A stretch of DNA of 64,000 nucleotides. Source: Malacoraja senta (lineage: Eukaryota). The position numbers and the translations under genes are program-made. Positions within the stretch are counted from its first letter, which is position 1, and every line of letters begins with the position of its first letter. The stretch is taken from NCBI GenBank assembly GCA_038087875.1, contig JAXLNO010000396.1, positions 1 to 64,000 of the forward strand, written 5' to 3'. The notes beneath the pieces are model-generated. The model was not told the origin of the DNA. It ran no database searches and saw only the letters and a list, made by a program, of their open reading frames with translations. This document shows positions 1 through 11,125 of the stretch, piece by piece.

Positions 1-1210
1 CATTCATACACACACACATTCACGCACACACACATACACACATTCACACACACACAACACACACTCGCATTCACACACACATTCACACACACACATACAT
101 ACACATTCACACACACACACACACATTCACACACACACACACATACATTCACACACATATACACACACACACACATTCACACACACACACACATTCACAC
201 ACACATTCACACACACACATTCACACACACACACATTAACACACACATTTTAACACACACATTCTCACACACACGCACATTCTCACACACACACACACAC
301 ATTCACACAAACACACTCACACACACAAACACACACACATTCACACACAAACACACATTCACACACACACAAATTCACACACACACATTCACACATTCAC
401 ACACACACACACACACATTCACATATTCACACATACACACACATTCACACACACACACACATTCACACATTCACACACACACACACATTCACACAAAAAC
501 ATACACACACACATTCACACACACAAGCATTCACACACACACACATTCACACACACACACACACATTCACACACACACACACACACACATTCACACACAC
601 ACACACATTCACACACATTCACACACTCACATTCACACACACACACATCCACACACACACACACATTCACACACACAATCATACACACACACACATTCAC
701 ACACACACATTCACGCACACACACACATTCACACACACATTCACACACACACACATTCACACACACACACATATAAACACACACGCATTCACACACACAC
801 ACATTCACACACACACACACACACATTCATCCACGCACACACACACACACACACACACATTTACACACACACACACACACACGCATTCACACACACACAA
901 ACATTCACACACACACGCACATTCATACACACACACATTCATGCACACACACACATTCACACATTCACACACACACATTCACACTCACACTCACACACAC
1001 ACATTCACACACACACACACACACATTCACACACACACACCTTCACATATTCACACACCTTCACATATTCACACACACACACACGCAATCACACACACAC
1101 ACACGCACACACGCACGCACGCACGCATGCACACACACACACACACATTCACACACACACACACACATTCACACAAAAACACACAAACACACACAAATTC
1201 ACACACACAC

Positions 1211-1271
<61 letters not shown>

Positions 1272-1746
1272 TTCACACACACACACACATTCACACACAC
1301 ACACACACATTCACACACACACACACACATTCACACACACACACACCCACATATTCACACACACATTCACACACACAATCACACACACATTCACACACAC
1401 ACACATTCACACACACACATTCACACACACACATTCACGCACACACATTCACACACATACATTCGCACACACACATTCACACACACACACACACACACAT
1501 TCACATTCACACACACACCCATTCATACACACACATCCACGCACACACACACACACACACACTCACACGCGCATTCACACACACACAAACATTCACACAC
1601 ACACGCACATTCATACACATTCACACACACACACATTCACACACACACACATTCACGCACACGCACACACACACATTCACACATTCACACACACACACAT
1701 TCACATATTCACACACATTCACACACACACATTCACACACACACAC

Positions 1747-1777
<31 letters not shown>

Positions 1778-1934
1778 TTCACACACACACATTCACATAC
1801 CCACATACCCATACACACACACACATTCACACACACACACACACATTCACACACATACACACACATTCACACGCACGCACGCACGCACGCACATACACAC
1901 ACACACATTCACACACACGCACACACACACACAC
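1..1934. repeat. Compound (CA)n microsatellite with frequent TT interruptions (CACACACATT-type)
   Basis: Directly visible. The His/Thr and Cys/Val ORFs here are translation artefacts. Confidence 0.97.
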
Positions 1935-1984
1935 TCCTGCACTGCCCACTGTCTCTTCTGACAGCCACCCATGTGGCTGAACCT

Positions 1985-3070
1985 CATTGTGATCATGGCT
2001 GATCATCCACAATCAGTAACCCGTGCCTGCCTTCTCCCCATACCCCTTGATTCCGCTTGCCCCAAGAGCTCTATCTAACTATTTTAAATGCATCCGGTGA
2101 ATTGGCCTCTGCTGCCTTCTGTGGCAGAGAAATCCACAAATTCACAACTATATGGGTGAAGTATTTTCTCATCTCCGTCTTCACCGCGTGAACCTACGCT
2201 GCACTGCCTCAATAGCAAGGATGTCTTTCTTCAAATTAGGAGACCGAATTTCACATAATACTCCAGATATGGTCTCAGCTGGCCCCTGTCCAACTGCATA
2301 AGGACCTCTTTACTCCTGTACTCAAATCCTCTTATGAAGGCCAACATTTCATTTGCTTTCTTCACTGCCTGTTGTACCCACATATTTACTTTCAGTGACT
2401 GATGCACAAGGACATCCAGATCCCGTTGCACTTCCCTTTTCCCCCTGGTTCTGGACTCCCCCAACATCGGGAACATGTTTCCTATCTCTAGCGTGTCCAA
2501 ACCCTTAATAATCTTGTATGTTTCAATAATATCTCCCGTCATCCTTCTAAATCCCAGGGTATACAAGCCCAGCCGCTCCATTCTCTCAGCGTATGACAGT
2601 CCCACCATCCCGGGAATTAACCTTGTAAACCTACACTGCACTCCTTCAACAACCCCTGATTTTTGTACTAATCTAGAATCTTTCTACCTCTGCCTTAAAA
2701 ATATCCACTGACCTGGCCTCCACAGCCTTCTCTGGCAAAGAATTCCACAGATTCACCTCCCTCTGACTGAAGAAATTCCTCCTCCTCTTCTTCCAACATG
2801 AACATCCTTTAATTCTGAGGCTACGCCCTCTAGTCCTCGACTCAACCACTAGTGGAAACATCTTCTCCACATCCACTCTATCAAAGCCTTTCACTATTCC
2901 GTACGTTTCAATGAGGTCCCACCTCATTCTTCTAAACTCCAGCGAGTACAGGCCCAGTGCCGACAAACGCTCATCATAGGTTAACCTACTCATTCCTGGG
3001 ATCATTCTTGTAATCCTCCTCTGGGCCCTCTCCAGAGCCAGCCTATCCTTCCTCAGATATGGTGCCCAAA
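1985..3070 (-). mobile_element. Several degenerate CR1-clade (HER1-like) LINE 3' fragments
   Basis: Minus ORFs 2231-2641 and 2673-3005 carry CR1 ORF2 C-terminal motifs (RLIPGM..LSYEERL..LGLYSLEFRR..GDLIETYKI, FSQRVVNLWNSLP). They match the CR1 copy at 37846-40710. Confidence 0.92.
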
Positions 3071-4068
3071 ATACGATGATACGAATATTTTTTGTTCCGG
3101 TGACAATTTGAAGCAGCTTTTGGAGGTCATCACATCAGAAATGAATAAATTAAAACAGTGGTTTGATGTCAACAAATTGTCTCTAAATTTAAGCAAAACA
3201 AAGATGATGCTATTTGGAAAACATAAAACAACCCCTCAAGTACAATTGAAAATAGATAACATAAGTATAGAAAGAGTATATGAAAATAAATTTCTTGGTG
3301 TGATCTTAGACCACAAAATCTGCTGGAAACCACATATAAACCACGTCAAAGCAAAACTGGCAAAGTCTATAGCAATATTGGGAAAATCAAGACACATTCT
3401 GGACCATAAATCATTACATACTCTGTATAATACACTCATATTGCCATATCTGAGTTACTGTGTGGAGATATGGGGTAACACCTACAAAACCAACCTACAG
3501 CCGTTATGTACATTACAAAAAAGAGCAATAAGAATTATCAATAACGTTGGATATCTTGAACATACCAATTTATTATTCTTAAAGTCACACACACTGAAGT
3601 TCACCGATCTGGTTAAATTTAAAACTGCACAAGTCATGTACAAAGCAAGAAATAATTTACTTCCAGGAAATATACAAAAACTGTTTATGGAAAGACAGGG
3701 TGGGTATAATTTGAGAGGGGAACTTAATTTAAAAAACTCAATGTCAGAACAACTCTTAAAAGTATGTACATAGCAATCTGTTGGGTGAATTTGTGGAATG
3801 GTTTGGAACAGGAGATAAAACTTAGCACAAACATGATTCACTTTAAACAGATGTACAAAACTTTTTTAAAGGATATTGGGATGAGGATAGGTGATTGTGA
3901 GTGGGATATTTGTTATACTGATTGTATTGGGAAGGGTGATTATAGGGTGATGGGTTGTATATATTACTAAGATATACTGTATCGTATATCAGGGGGTTTT
4001 CTTTTCTTTTTTCTCTTTTTTTGTATGGCTTTGTAAATATTAGATTAGTGTATAAATGTAAATACTTT

Positions 4069-4813
4069 GGTGTACATATAGCTGCTGGTGTACATATGGT
4101 GTACATATAGCTGTGGTGTACATATGGTGTACATATAGCTGTGGTGTACATATGGTGTACATATAGCTGCTGGTGTACATATGGTGTACATATAGCTGCG
4201 GTGTACATATGGTGTACATATAGCTGCTGGTGTACATATGGTGTACATATAGCTGCTGGTGTACATATGGTGTACATATAGCTGCTGGTGTACATATTGT
4301 GTACATATAGCTGCTGGTGTACATATGGTGTACATATAGCTGCTGGTGTACATATGGTGTACATATAGCTGTGGTGTACATATGGTGTACATATAGCTGC
4401 TGGTGTACATATGGTGTACATATAGCTGCTGGTGTACATATGGTGTACATATAGCTGCTGGTGTACATGTGGTGTACATATAGCTGCTGGTGTACATATG
4501 GTGTACATATAGCTGCTGGTGTACATATATATTGTTTATTGTTGTTTTATGTATGACTGTTGCAATTTCGTTCAGACTTCAGTCTGAATGACAATAAAGG
4601 GCTATCTAATCTAATCTAATATGGTGTACATATAGTTGCTAGTGTACATATGGTGTACATATAGCTGCTGGTGTACATATGGTGTACATATAGCTGCTAG
4701 TGTACATATGGTGTACATATAGCTGCTGGTGTACATATGGTGTACATATAGCTGCTGGTGTACATATGGTGTACATATAGCTGTGGTGTACATATGGTGT
4801 ACATTTAGCTGCT
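4069..4813. repeat. 28/29-bp minisatellite GGTGTACATAT-AGCTGCT-GGTGTACATAT inside the LINE 3' UTR
   Basis: Near-perfect tandem copies are directly visible, interrupted at ~4529-4620. Confidence 0.97.
4529..4620 (+). mobile_element. ~90-bp retroposon 3' end (Rex1/Babar-type stem-loop plus (TCTAA)n tail) inserted in the minisatellite
   Basis: AATTTCGTTCAGAC-TTCA-GTCTGAATGACAATAAAGG followed by TCTAA repeats. The architecture is the same as at 18427-18494. Confidence 0.8.
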
Positions 4814-5061
4814 AAATCTGTATAAGATCATTATAAACAGTTGAATAAGGGGTGGGAATTAATAAGCTTGGGCTTCTTCCTGCTCCTTTTCGGACACATA
4901 CGATTTCATTTATTTATAGATATTGTTTATGACACTTTATAAATATTCATGTTTTGTTTTTTCTGTGCTGTTTCACACTTGCTTTTTATTCTTTTATTCT
5001 GTTTGAAATAAAGAATTAAATTAAATAAATAAAATACAAGTTGCTCAATTAGTGATGGGAA

Positions 5062-5650
5062 ATTGTACAGGGCACTGGTGAGACCACACCTGGAGTATTG
5101 TGACCAGTTTTGGTCTCCCTAATTTGAGTAAGGACATTATTGCTATAGAGGGAATGCAGCGTAGGTTCACCAGCTTAATTCCCGGGATGGCGCGACTGAC
5201 ATATGATGAAAGAATTGATTGACTGGGCTTATATCCACTGGCATTTAGAAGTATTAGAGTGGATCTTATAGATATATATAAAATTCTTAAGGGATTGGAC
5301 AGTCTGGATGCAGGAAAAATGTTCCCGATGTTGGAGGAGTCCAGACCCAGATGTCACAGTTTAAGAATAAGCGGTAGGCCATTTAGGACTGAGATGAGGA
5401 AAACCTTTTCCACCCAAAGAGTTGTGAATCTGTGGAATTCTCTCCCACAGAAGGCTGGGGAGACCAATTCACCAGATGTTTTCAAGAGAGTGTTAGTCAT
5501 AGCTCTTAGGACTAACGGAATCAAGGGAGCTGGGGAGAAAGCAAGAACGGGGTACAGATTTTGGATGATCAGCCATGATCATATTGAATGGCGGTGCTGG
5601 TTCAAGGGCCGAATGGCCTTGTCCTGCGCATATGTTCTATGTTTCTATTC
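5062..5650 (+). mobile_element. CR1-clade LINE 3' fragment with 3' UTR
   Basis: ORF 5259-5666 carries CR1 C-terminal motifs. The 3' UTR GATGATCAGCCATGATCATATTGAATGGCGGTGC..AAGGGCCGAATGGCC is shared with 40620-40710. Confidence 0.92.
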
Positions 5651-5778
5651 TGAAAGGGGGAGGTGAGCAGCCAGAGCTCATAGTCCATATTACTAGCAAT
5701 GACACAGGTAGGGAGGGAGATGAGGCAGGGAGTGCGACAGGTGGTTAAAAAGTAACTCCAGTCTTATAATCTCACTCT

Positions 5779-5947
5779 GTGTAAGAAGGAACTGCAGATG
5801 CTGGTTTAAACCGAAGGTAGACACAAAATGCTGGAGTAACTCAGCGGGTCAATACGAAGAAGTGTCTCGACCCGAAACGTCACCCATTCCTTCTCACCAG
5901 AGATGCTGCCTGACCCACCCACTGAGTTACTCCAGCATTTTGTGTCT
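5779..5947 (+). mobile_element. Penelope-like pseudo-LTR remnant with an inverted repeat and a degenerate hammerhead-like core
   Basis: A perfect 26-bp inverted repeat (5819-5844 / 5922-5947) encloses CGAAGAAGTGTCTCGACCCGAAACGTC. The PLE assignment is inference. Confidence 0.6.
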
Positions 5948-6149
5948 GAGGGCGTAGATAAGTTTTACGAGGATGTTGCCAGGACACGAGGGCCTGATCT
6001 AGAGGGAGAGGTAAAAACGTTGATATTTTTATTTCAAATGTTGGACTTTAAAGGGTTAACGCAGGTTCAGTATCCATAATGAATCTCATCTGTAATAAGG
6101 TGTCAGAACCAATGAGCTGGAACCAAGGTAAAAAGGTGAATTAACTAAA

Positions 6150-6660
6150 GAGCAGAGGGATCTCAGACGACAGGTACACAGTACGTTGAGAGTAGCATCA
6201 CACGGAGATAGCGTGGTCAAAAAGGCTTTTGTCACATTGGCCTTCATCAGTCAGAATATTGAGTCTAGAGATGTCGTGGTCATGTTGCACATGTACAAGA
6301 CGTTGGTGAGACTACATTTACAGTGTTGTGTTCAGTTTTGGACACATTAGTATCGGTAAAATGGTGTCAAGGTGGAAATGCCATAGAGAAGATTCACGAG
6401 GATGTTGCCAAGATTTGAGGGCCTGATCTAGAACAGATTCAGCAGGCTAGTGTTTTATTTGTTGGTGCACAGGAGGATGAGGGATGATATTGTCAAGGTG
6501 ACTAAAATATTGAGATATAGATAGGGTCGACGCACAGATTAGGGTAATCAAGATCCTGAGGACAACTTTAAGATGGGGGGAAGATTGAATAGGAACCAGA
6601 GGGGTCATTTTCACACAAAGGGTGGTGGGTGTGTGGAACCAGCTGCAAGAGGAGATGGTT
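6150..6660 (+). mobile_element. Old CR1 ORF2 fragment
   Basis: Degenerate TTGGCCTTCATC..TACAAGACGTTGGTGAGAC..TTCACGAGGATGTTGCCA, homologous to 40070-40240. Confidence 0.8.
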
Positions 6661-6679
6661 CAACCCAGTACCCATATCA

Positions 6680-7790
6680 TCATACGGTGTGGAAACAGGC
6701 CCTTCGGCCCAACTTGCCCACACCGGACAACATGCCCTATTCACTCTAGTCCCACCTGCCTGCAGTTGGTCCAAATCTCTTCAAACCTATCCTATTCACA
6801 TACCTATCAAACTGTGTCATAAATGGTAGGTAAGTCCCTGCCTCAACTACCTCCTCTGGCATCTTGTCCCATACATCCACCACCATTTGTGTGAAAAAGG
6901 TATCCCTCAGATTCCTATTAAATATTTTCCCCTTCACCTTAAACCTATGTCCTCTGTACCGCGATTCTTCTATTCATGGCAAGAGAATCTGTGCTTCTAC
7001 CCAATATATCCCTCTCATGATCTTATACACCTCTATAAGATCACCCTTCTTCCTTCTGTGCTTCAAGGAATAGGTTCCCTGCCCACTCAACCACTCCCCA
7101 TAGGCCAGACCCTGGCTGCTGCATCCTTGTAAACTGTCTCTGTAAAGGTTCTAGTTTGGGAAAATCATTCCAGTAACACAGTACCCAGAACTGAACACAA
7201 TACTCCAAATGTGACGTCACTAAGGTCTGATACAACTGCAAGATGACCTCCCAACATCTACACTCAATACTCTGCCAGGTAATGGCCAATGTGTCAAAAT
7301 CCTTTTTGACCATCCGATCTACAGCAACTGTGATTCCACCTTCAAGGAACTGTGCACCTGCACTCCAAGATCCCTCTGCTCTACAATTGTACCTCTTGCC
7401 CTACCATTCACTGTGTAGATCCTCCCCATGTTAGACTTCCCAAAATGCAATACCTCACAATTCTCTACATTAAATTCCACCAACCATTCCCCTGCACACT
7501 TGGCCAATCGATCAAGATCCTACTGCAATTAATCACAACCATCTTCACTATCTGCAAAACCACCCACTTTTGTATCATCTGCAAACTTGCTAAACTTGCT
7601 CTGTAAGTTCTCATCCAAATCATTGATGTAGATGACAAACAGTAACGGGCCCAGCACTGAACACTGAGGCACACCACTAGTCACAGGCCTCCAGTCTGAG
7701 AAGCAACCTTCCTTCCAACATCACCCTCTGCTTCCTACCCTGAAGCCAAATTTCAATCCATTCAGCTATCTCTCCTTGTAACTATATAAA
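6680..7790 (-). mobile_element. Old CR1 LINE 3' portion, second subfamily
   Basis: Minus ORFs read FNVENCEVLHFGKSN, EQRDLGVQVH, HLEYCVQFW and FFTQMVVDVWDKMP. The 3' UTR hairpin GGCCCTTCGGCC is at ~6698. Confidence 0.88.
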
Positions 7791-8559
7791 GGTCTGAACT
7801 AAAAAGTACTATGGGAAACTTTAAGGAACATTGAGACAGGTGCATGGACACACAGACCGACAGGCCATTTATAGGAATATGGGGATGGGACATGTGGGCA
7901 GGCAGGCAGGCAGGCAGGCTGGGCTGAAGATGCTGTGAGACTCTATGTCTCTATGGCTCTATAACTGGAGGGTGTCTGTGTGTTTGTACAGATAGTGCAG
8001 TAAGATATTCCTCACTTGGCCATGGATCTCTGCGCTGGGATCGTAGAACAGATTTATTTTAAGACAAACCCGGTTAATCACACTTTTTAACATTATTATT
8101 ACAGCAGTTTGTCCAATGGTCGCATATGGATAGGTAACCTGCAAACCTCCAATCTTGTACAAGGCAAATGTTGTCAGTGTTGTCACTGGTGAAAATATAT
8201 CTGGGTAGTGTGCGACGGAACTGGCAACTGGTTGTTATTTCAAATGTTTGACTAGAAAGGGTTAACTGAAGTTCAGTTTCCATATTTAATCTCATCTGTA
8301 ATGAGCACTAACTCCATCTTGCTGCTCTATCCATGCTGGTAAACACGGCACATGAAGATGCATTAACTTGTTGTTTTCATCTTAATTAACAGTGGTTAGA
8401 AATACTAATTGCCTCTCTCCGGGATACAATGGAAAGAAAAACACATAATGTGGAAAATTAAAGTTCAGAACTGAGAAGGGGATAGTTACGTAATGGTGCT
8501 GTATCCTTCGTGAATGTAAATGACCAACTCATCCGTCTGGGCTGTCCACAGGGATTTAG

Positions 8560-9050
8560 AAACATAGACGTATAGAAAATAGGTGCAGGGTTAGGCCATT
8601 CGGCCCTTCGTGCCATTCTATATGATCATGGCTGATCATCCTCAATCAATACCCCGTTCCTGCTTTCTCAAAATATCCCTTGATTCCGTTAGCCCAAAGA
8701 GCTATATCTAACATAGATTAATAACAATTCTGGAGAAACTCAGCGGGTGAGGCAGCATCTATGGAGAGAAGGAATATGCGACGTTTCAGGTCGAGACCCT
8801 TCTTCAGACTCTAACTCTTACTTGAAAACATCCAATGAATTGGCCTCCACTACCTTCTGTGGCAGATAATTCCACAGATTCACAACTCTCTGGATGAAAT
8901 ATATTTTCCTCACCTCAGTCGGAAATGGCCGAACCCTTATTGTTAAACTGCGACCCCTGTTTCTGGACTCCCCCAACATCGGGAACAGTTCTTGCCTGTC
9001 CAATCCCTTAAGAATTGAATGTTTCTATATGATGCCCTGTCATACTTCAA
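8560..9050 (-). mobile_element. CR1 3' fragment interrupted by a 97-bp insertion
   Basis: ORF 8818-9003 (FPMLGESR..QRVVNLWN), with the tail near 8560-8640. Confidence 0.88.
8713..8809 (-). mobile_element. 97-bp Penelope-like insertion carrying a hammerhead-like core, flanked by the direct repeat TCTAAC
   Basis: TCTAAC lies at 8707-8712 and 8810-8815. The minus strand reads GT-CTGAAGA-A-GGGT-CTCG-ACCT-GAAA-CGTC. Confidence 0.65.
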
Positions 9051-10329
9051 AGTGAATTTAGAGGGAGCTCTTACACACCCAGTCTGTATTTCTGTGCCTA
9101 TTTATCAATTAATTCAAGAGAGCATTTCCCCGTTCCTGCTGTGTATACCTGGTACACGTGGAAACTGAAAGACACTTCAATAATCAGTGACATATTAAAA
9201 TGACCAACGTATATGACAGACAGTTATATCATTTTGTTGTTTAATTTGCAGCTTTGAGAAAATTGGACAGCTATTGATGTTGAATTCCTTGGATTTCCAG
9301 GCTAGAGTTTAGTTTGAAGACAGTGAAGCACATGTTGGACACTTGGGAGGGAGATGATCGATGAGCCTCCGTTGTTAGTGACAGCACCACCCAATACAGT
9401 ATCGCCACTGTTGTGTAGTCAGTGATGTGTCTGCAATGTGGCTCCAACTGGGGAGGTCGATGACAGACAGGGCACACTAGAGTTTACAGAACCGCTGATT
9501 CCAGTGGTGTGTGAAATGGGCACGGAAACAGCATGGAAACAGGCCCTTCGGCCCGAAGTCCATGCAGACCAAAATGCCTATCTAGGGTGATCTCATTCAC
9601 TTGTATTTGACCCATTTCCTTCCATTCCTATCCGAGACAAACGGCCGTCAAAATGCTGTTTATTTGCGGTGATGGTATCTGCCCCACATCCTCATGTAAA
9701 GATTGCTCCACCTTTGGTGTGGAATACCTGCCCGTCAGAATTCCCTTCAATCTTTCCCCTTTCTATTAAACCTGGTCTCTGGGTTTAGATTCTCCCAGCC
9801 TGAGAAATATCCGTGACCATCCACTCAATCCTGCTGTAGTTGACATAATTTTACAAGCCTTAGTAAGGTCGCCCCTCTGTATTCTTGCTCCAAAGAGACA
9901 CGATTTTTTCCAATCCCACCCGATCCAATCTGTCTTCTATCAAGATTATGTTTCTGTTTAATCTTTATCTAGTTATGTATCTTGATGCTTTATTTGTATC
10001 ATTGTATAACAAATCAAATGTCACTGTACCTCAGTACACGGGACAATAAAGGACCATTGGACTAACACTGTCCATTCCTGAAAACATCCTGGTGAATCTG
10101 GTCTGCACTGACTCTGGCAATAGGACATCATTTCTATGATATGGTAACCAGAACTACACAAAAGGGGCTGGCAGATATTTGAAGTGCAACTGAGGAGAGC
10201 GAGTGCTACACTTGGAAGAGCAGTGAAGTCTAGATTGGTCATTATTTGGATGTTCAGCTGTGGTGCAAGTGTGTTGAGAATCAGACACAGATGGGAAGTG
10301 ACACCATCAGTGAGTCCAGAGGTCAGTAC

Positions 10330-10725
10330 CGATGAGCTGGAACCAAGACAGAAAGGTGAATCAAATATAGAGCAGAGGGATCTATGACGACAGGTACACA
10401 GTGTGTTTAAAGTAACATCACATGGAGATAGGGTGGTTTAAAAGGCTTTTGTCACATTGGCCTTCATCAGACAGAACATTGAGTCTAGAGGTTTGGGGGT
10501 CATGTTGCACATGTACAAGACGTTGGTGAGACCACATTTACAGTGTTGTGTTCAGTTTTGGACACATTGGTATCGGTAAAATGGTGTCAAGGTGGAAATG
10601 GCGTAGAGAAGATTCACGAGGATGTTGGCAAGAATGGAGGGCCTGATCTAGAGGGACAGATTCAGCAGCCTAGTGCTTTATTCCTTGGGGCACAGGGGGA
10701 TGAGGGATGATCTTTCAAGGTGACT
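10330..10725 (+). mobile_element. Old CR1 fragment, local paralogue of 6112-6503
   Basis: Long near-identical stretches, including the upstream flank GAGCTGGAACCAAG..AAAGGTGAAT. Confidence 0.8.
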
Positions 10726-10975
10726 TCTTCTTGTGTATGGTGTACACAGACTTAAGTTGTAGGACAACTTGTTCTATTTGATCGTATTTGTTTGTACAAA
10801 CTGTTGTCAGGTCACCGTTTAAATCAGTTTATTTGTTAGTGCTGTACCTGGTGCAAACTTCACACACAGGTTTACCCTGTTTCACACAGAGACAGAGAGA
10901 GAGGGAGAGGGGGTGTAGAGAGAGAGAAGTGGGGGGAGAGGTGGGATAGAGGGGGGAGATAGGGAGAGGGGGGAT

Positions 10976-11120
10976 TGATTTATTTCAATCAATACCGATA
11001 TACCTAACTAAATTGTTTTCAAAAATCTTGATTCTCTGCTTACAAACTTTATCTGGGATTATAAAACACATAGAATTCACAAACGACATCTATGTAAACC
11101 CAAAGAAACGGGCGGATTAT
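10976..11120 (+). mobile_element. Isolated internal fragment of L1 ORF2
   Basis: TTTATTTCAATCAATACCGATATA..GGATTATAAA..CTATGTAAACCCAAAGAAA aligns by eye with 27371-27510. Confidence 0.8.
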
Positions 11121-11125
11121 GAATC

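Larger units (their letters stand above)
3071..5035 (+). mobile_element. 5'-truncated L2/Crack-like LINE: RT C-terminal half plus 3' UTR
   Basis: The frame starts at DDTNIF (3075), in frame with ORF 3108-3773 (WFDVNKLSLNLSKTK, KFLGVILD, LPYLSYCVEIWG, LQKRAIR). The 3' UTR ends in an AAT/AATAAA-rich tail near 5007-5035. Clade assignment is by motif recall. Confidence 0.8.

Noticed and set aside
515..2012. His/Thr-rich and Cys/Val-rich ORFs (also at 37444-37929)
   Set aside because: Translations of (CA)n microsatellite.
3843..4793. Repetitive ORFs (MYTSSYMYTICTPAAIC..)
   Set aside because: Minisatellite translation in all three frames.
8016..8138. Possible 123-bp minus-strand exon (CAG|VTYPYATIG..EIHGQ|GTGAG)
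   Set aside because: The pyrimidine tract is weak, and there is no recognisable homology or partner exon. It would need RNA-seq or blastx support.
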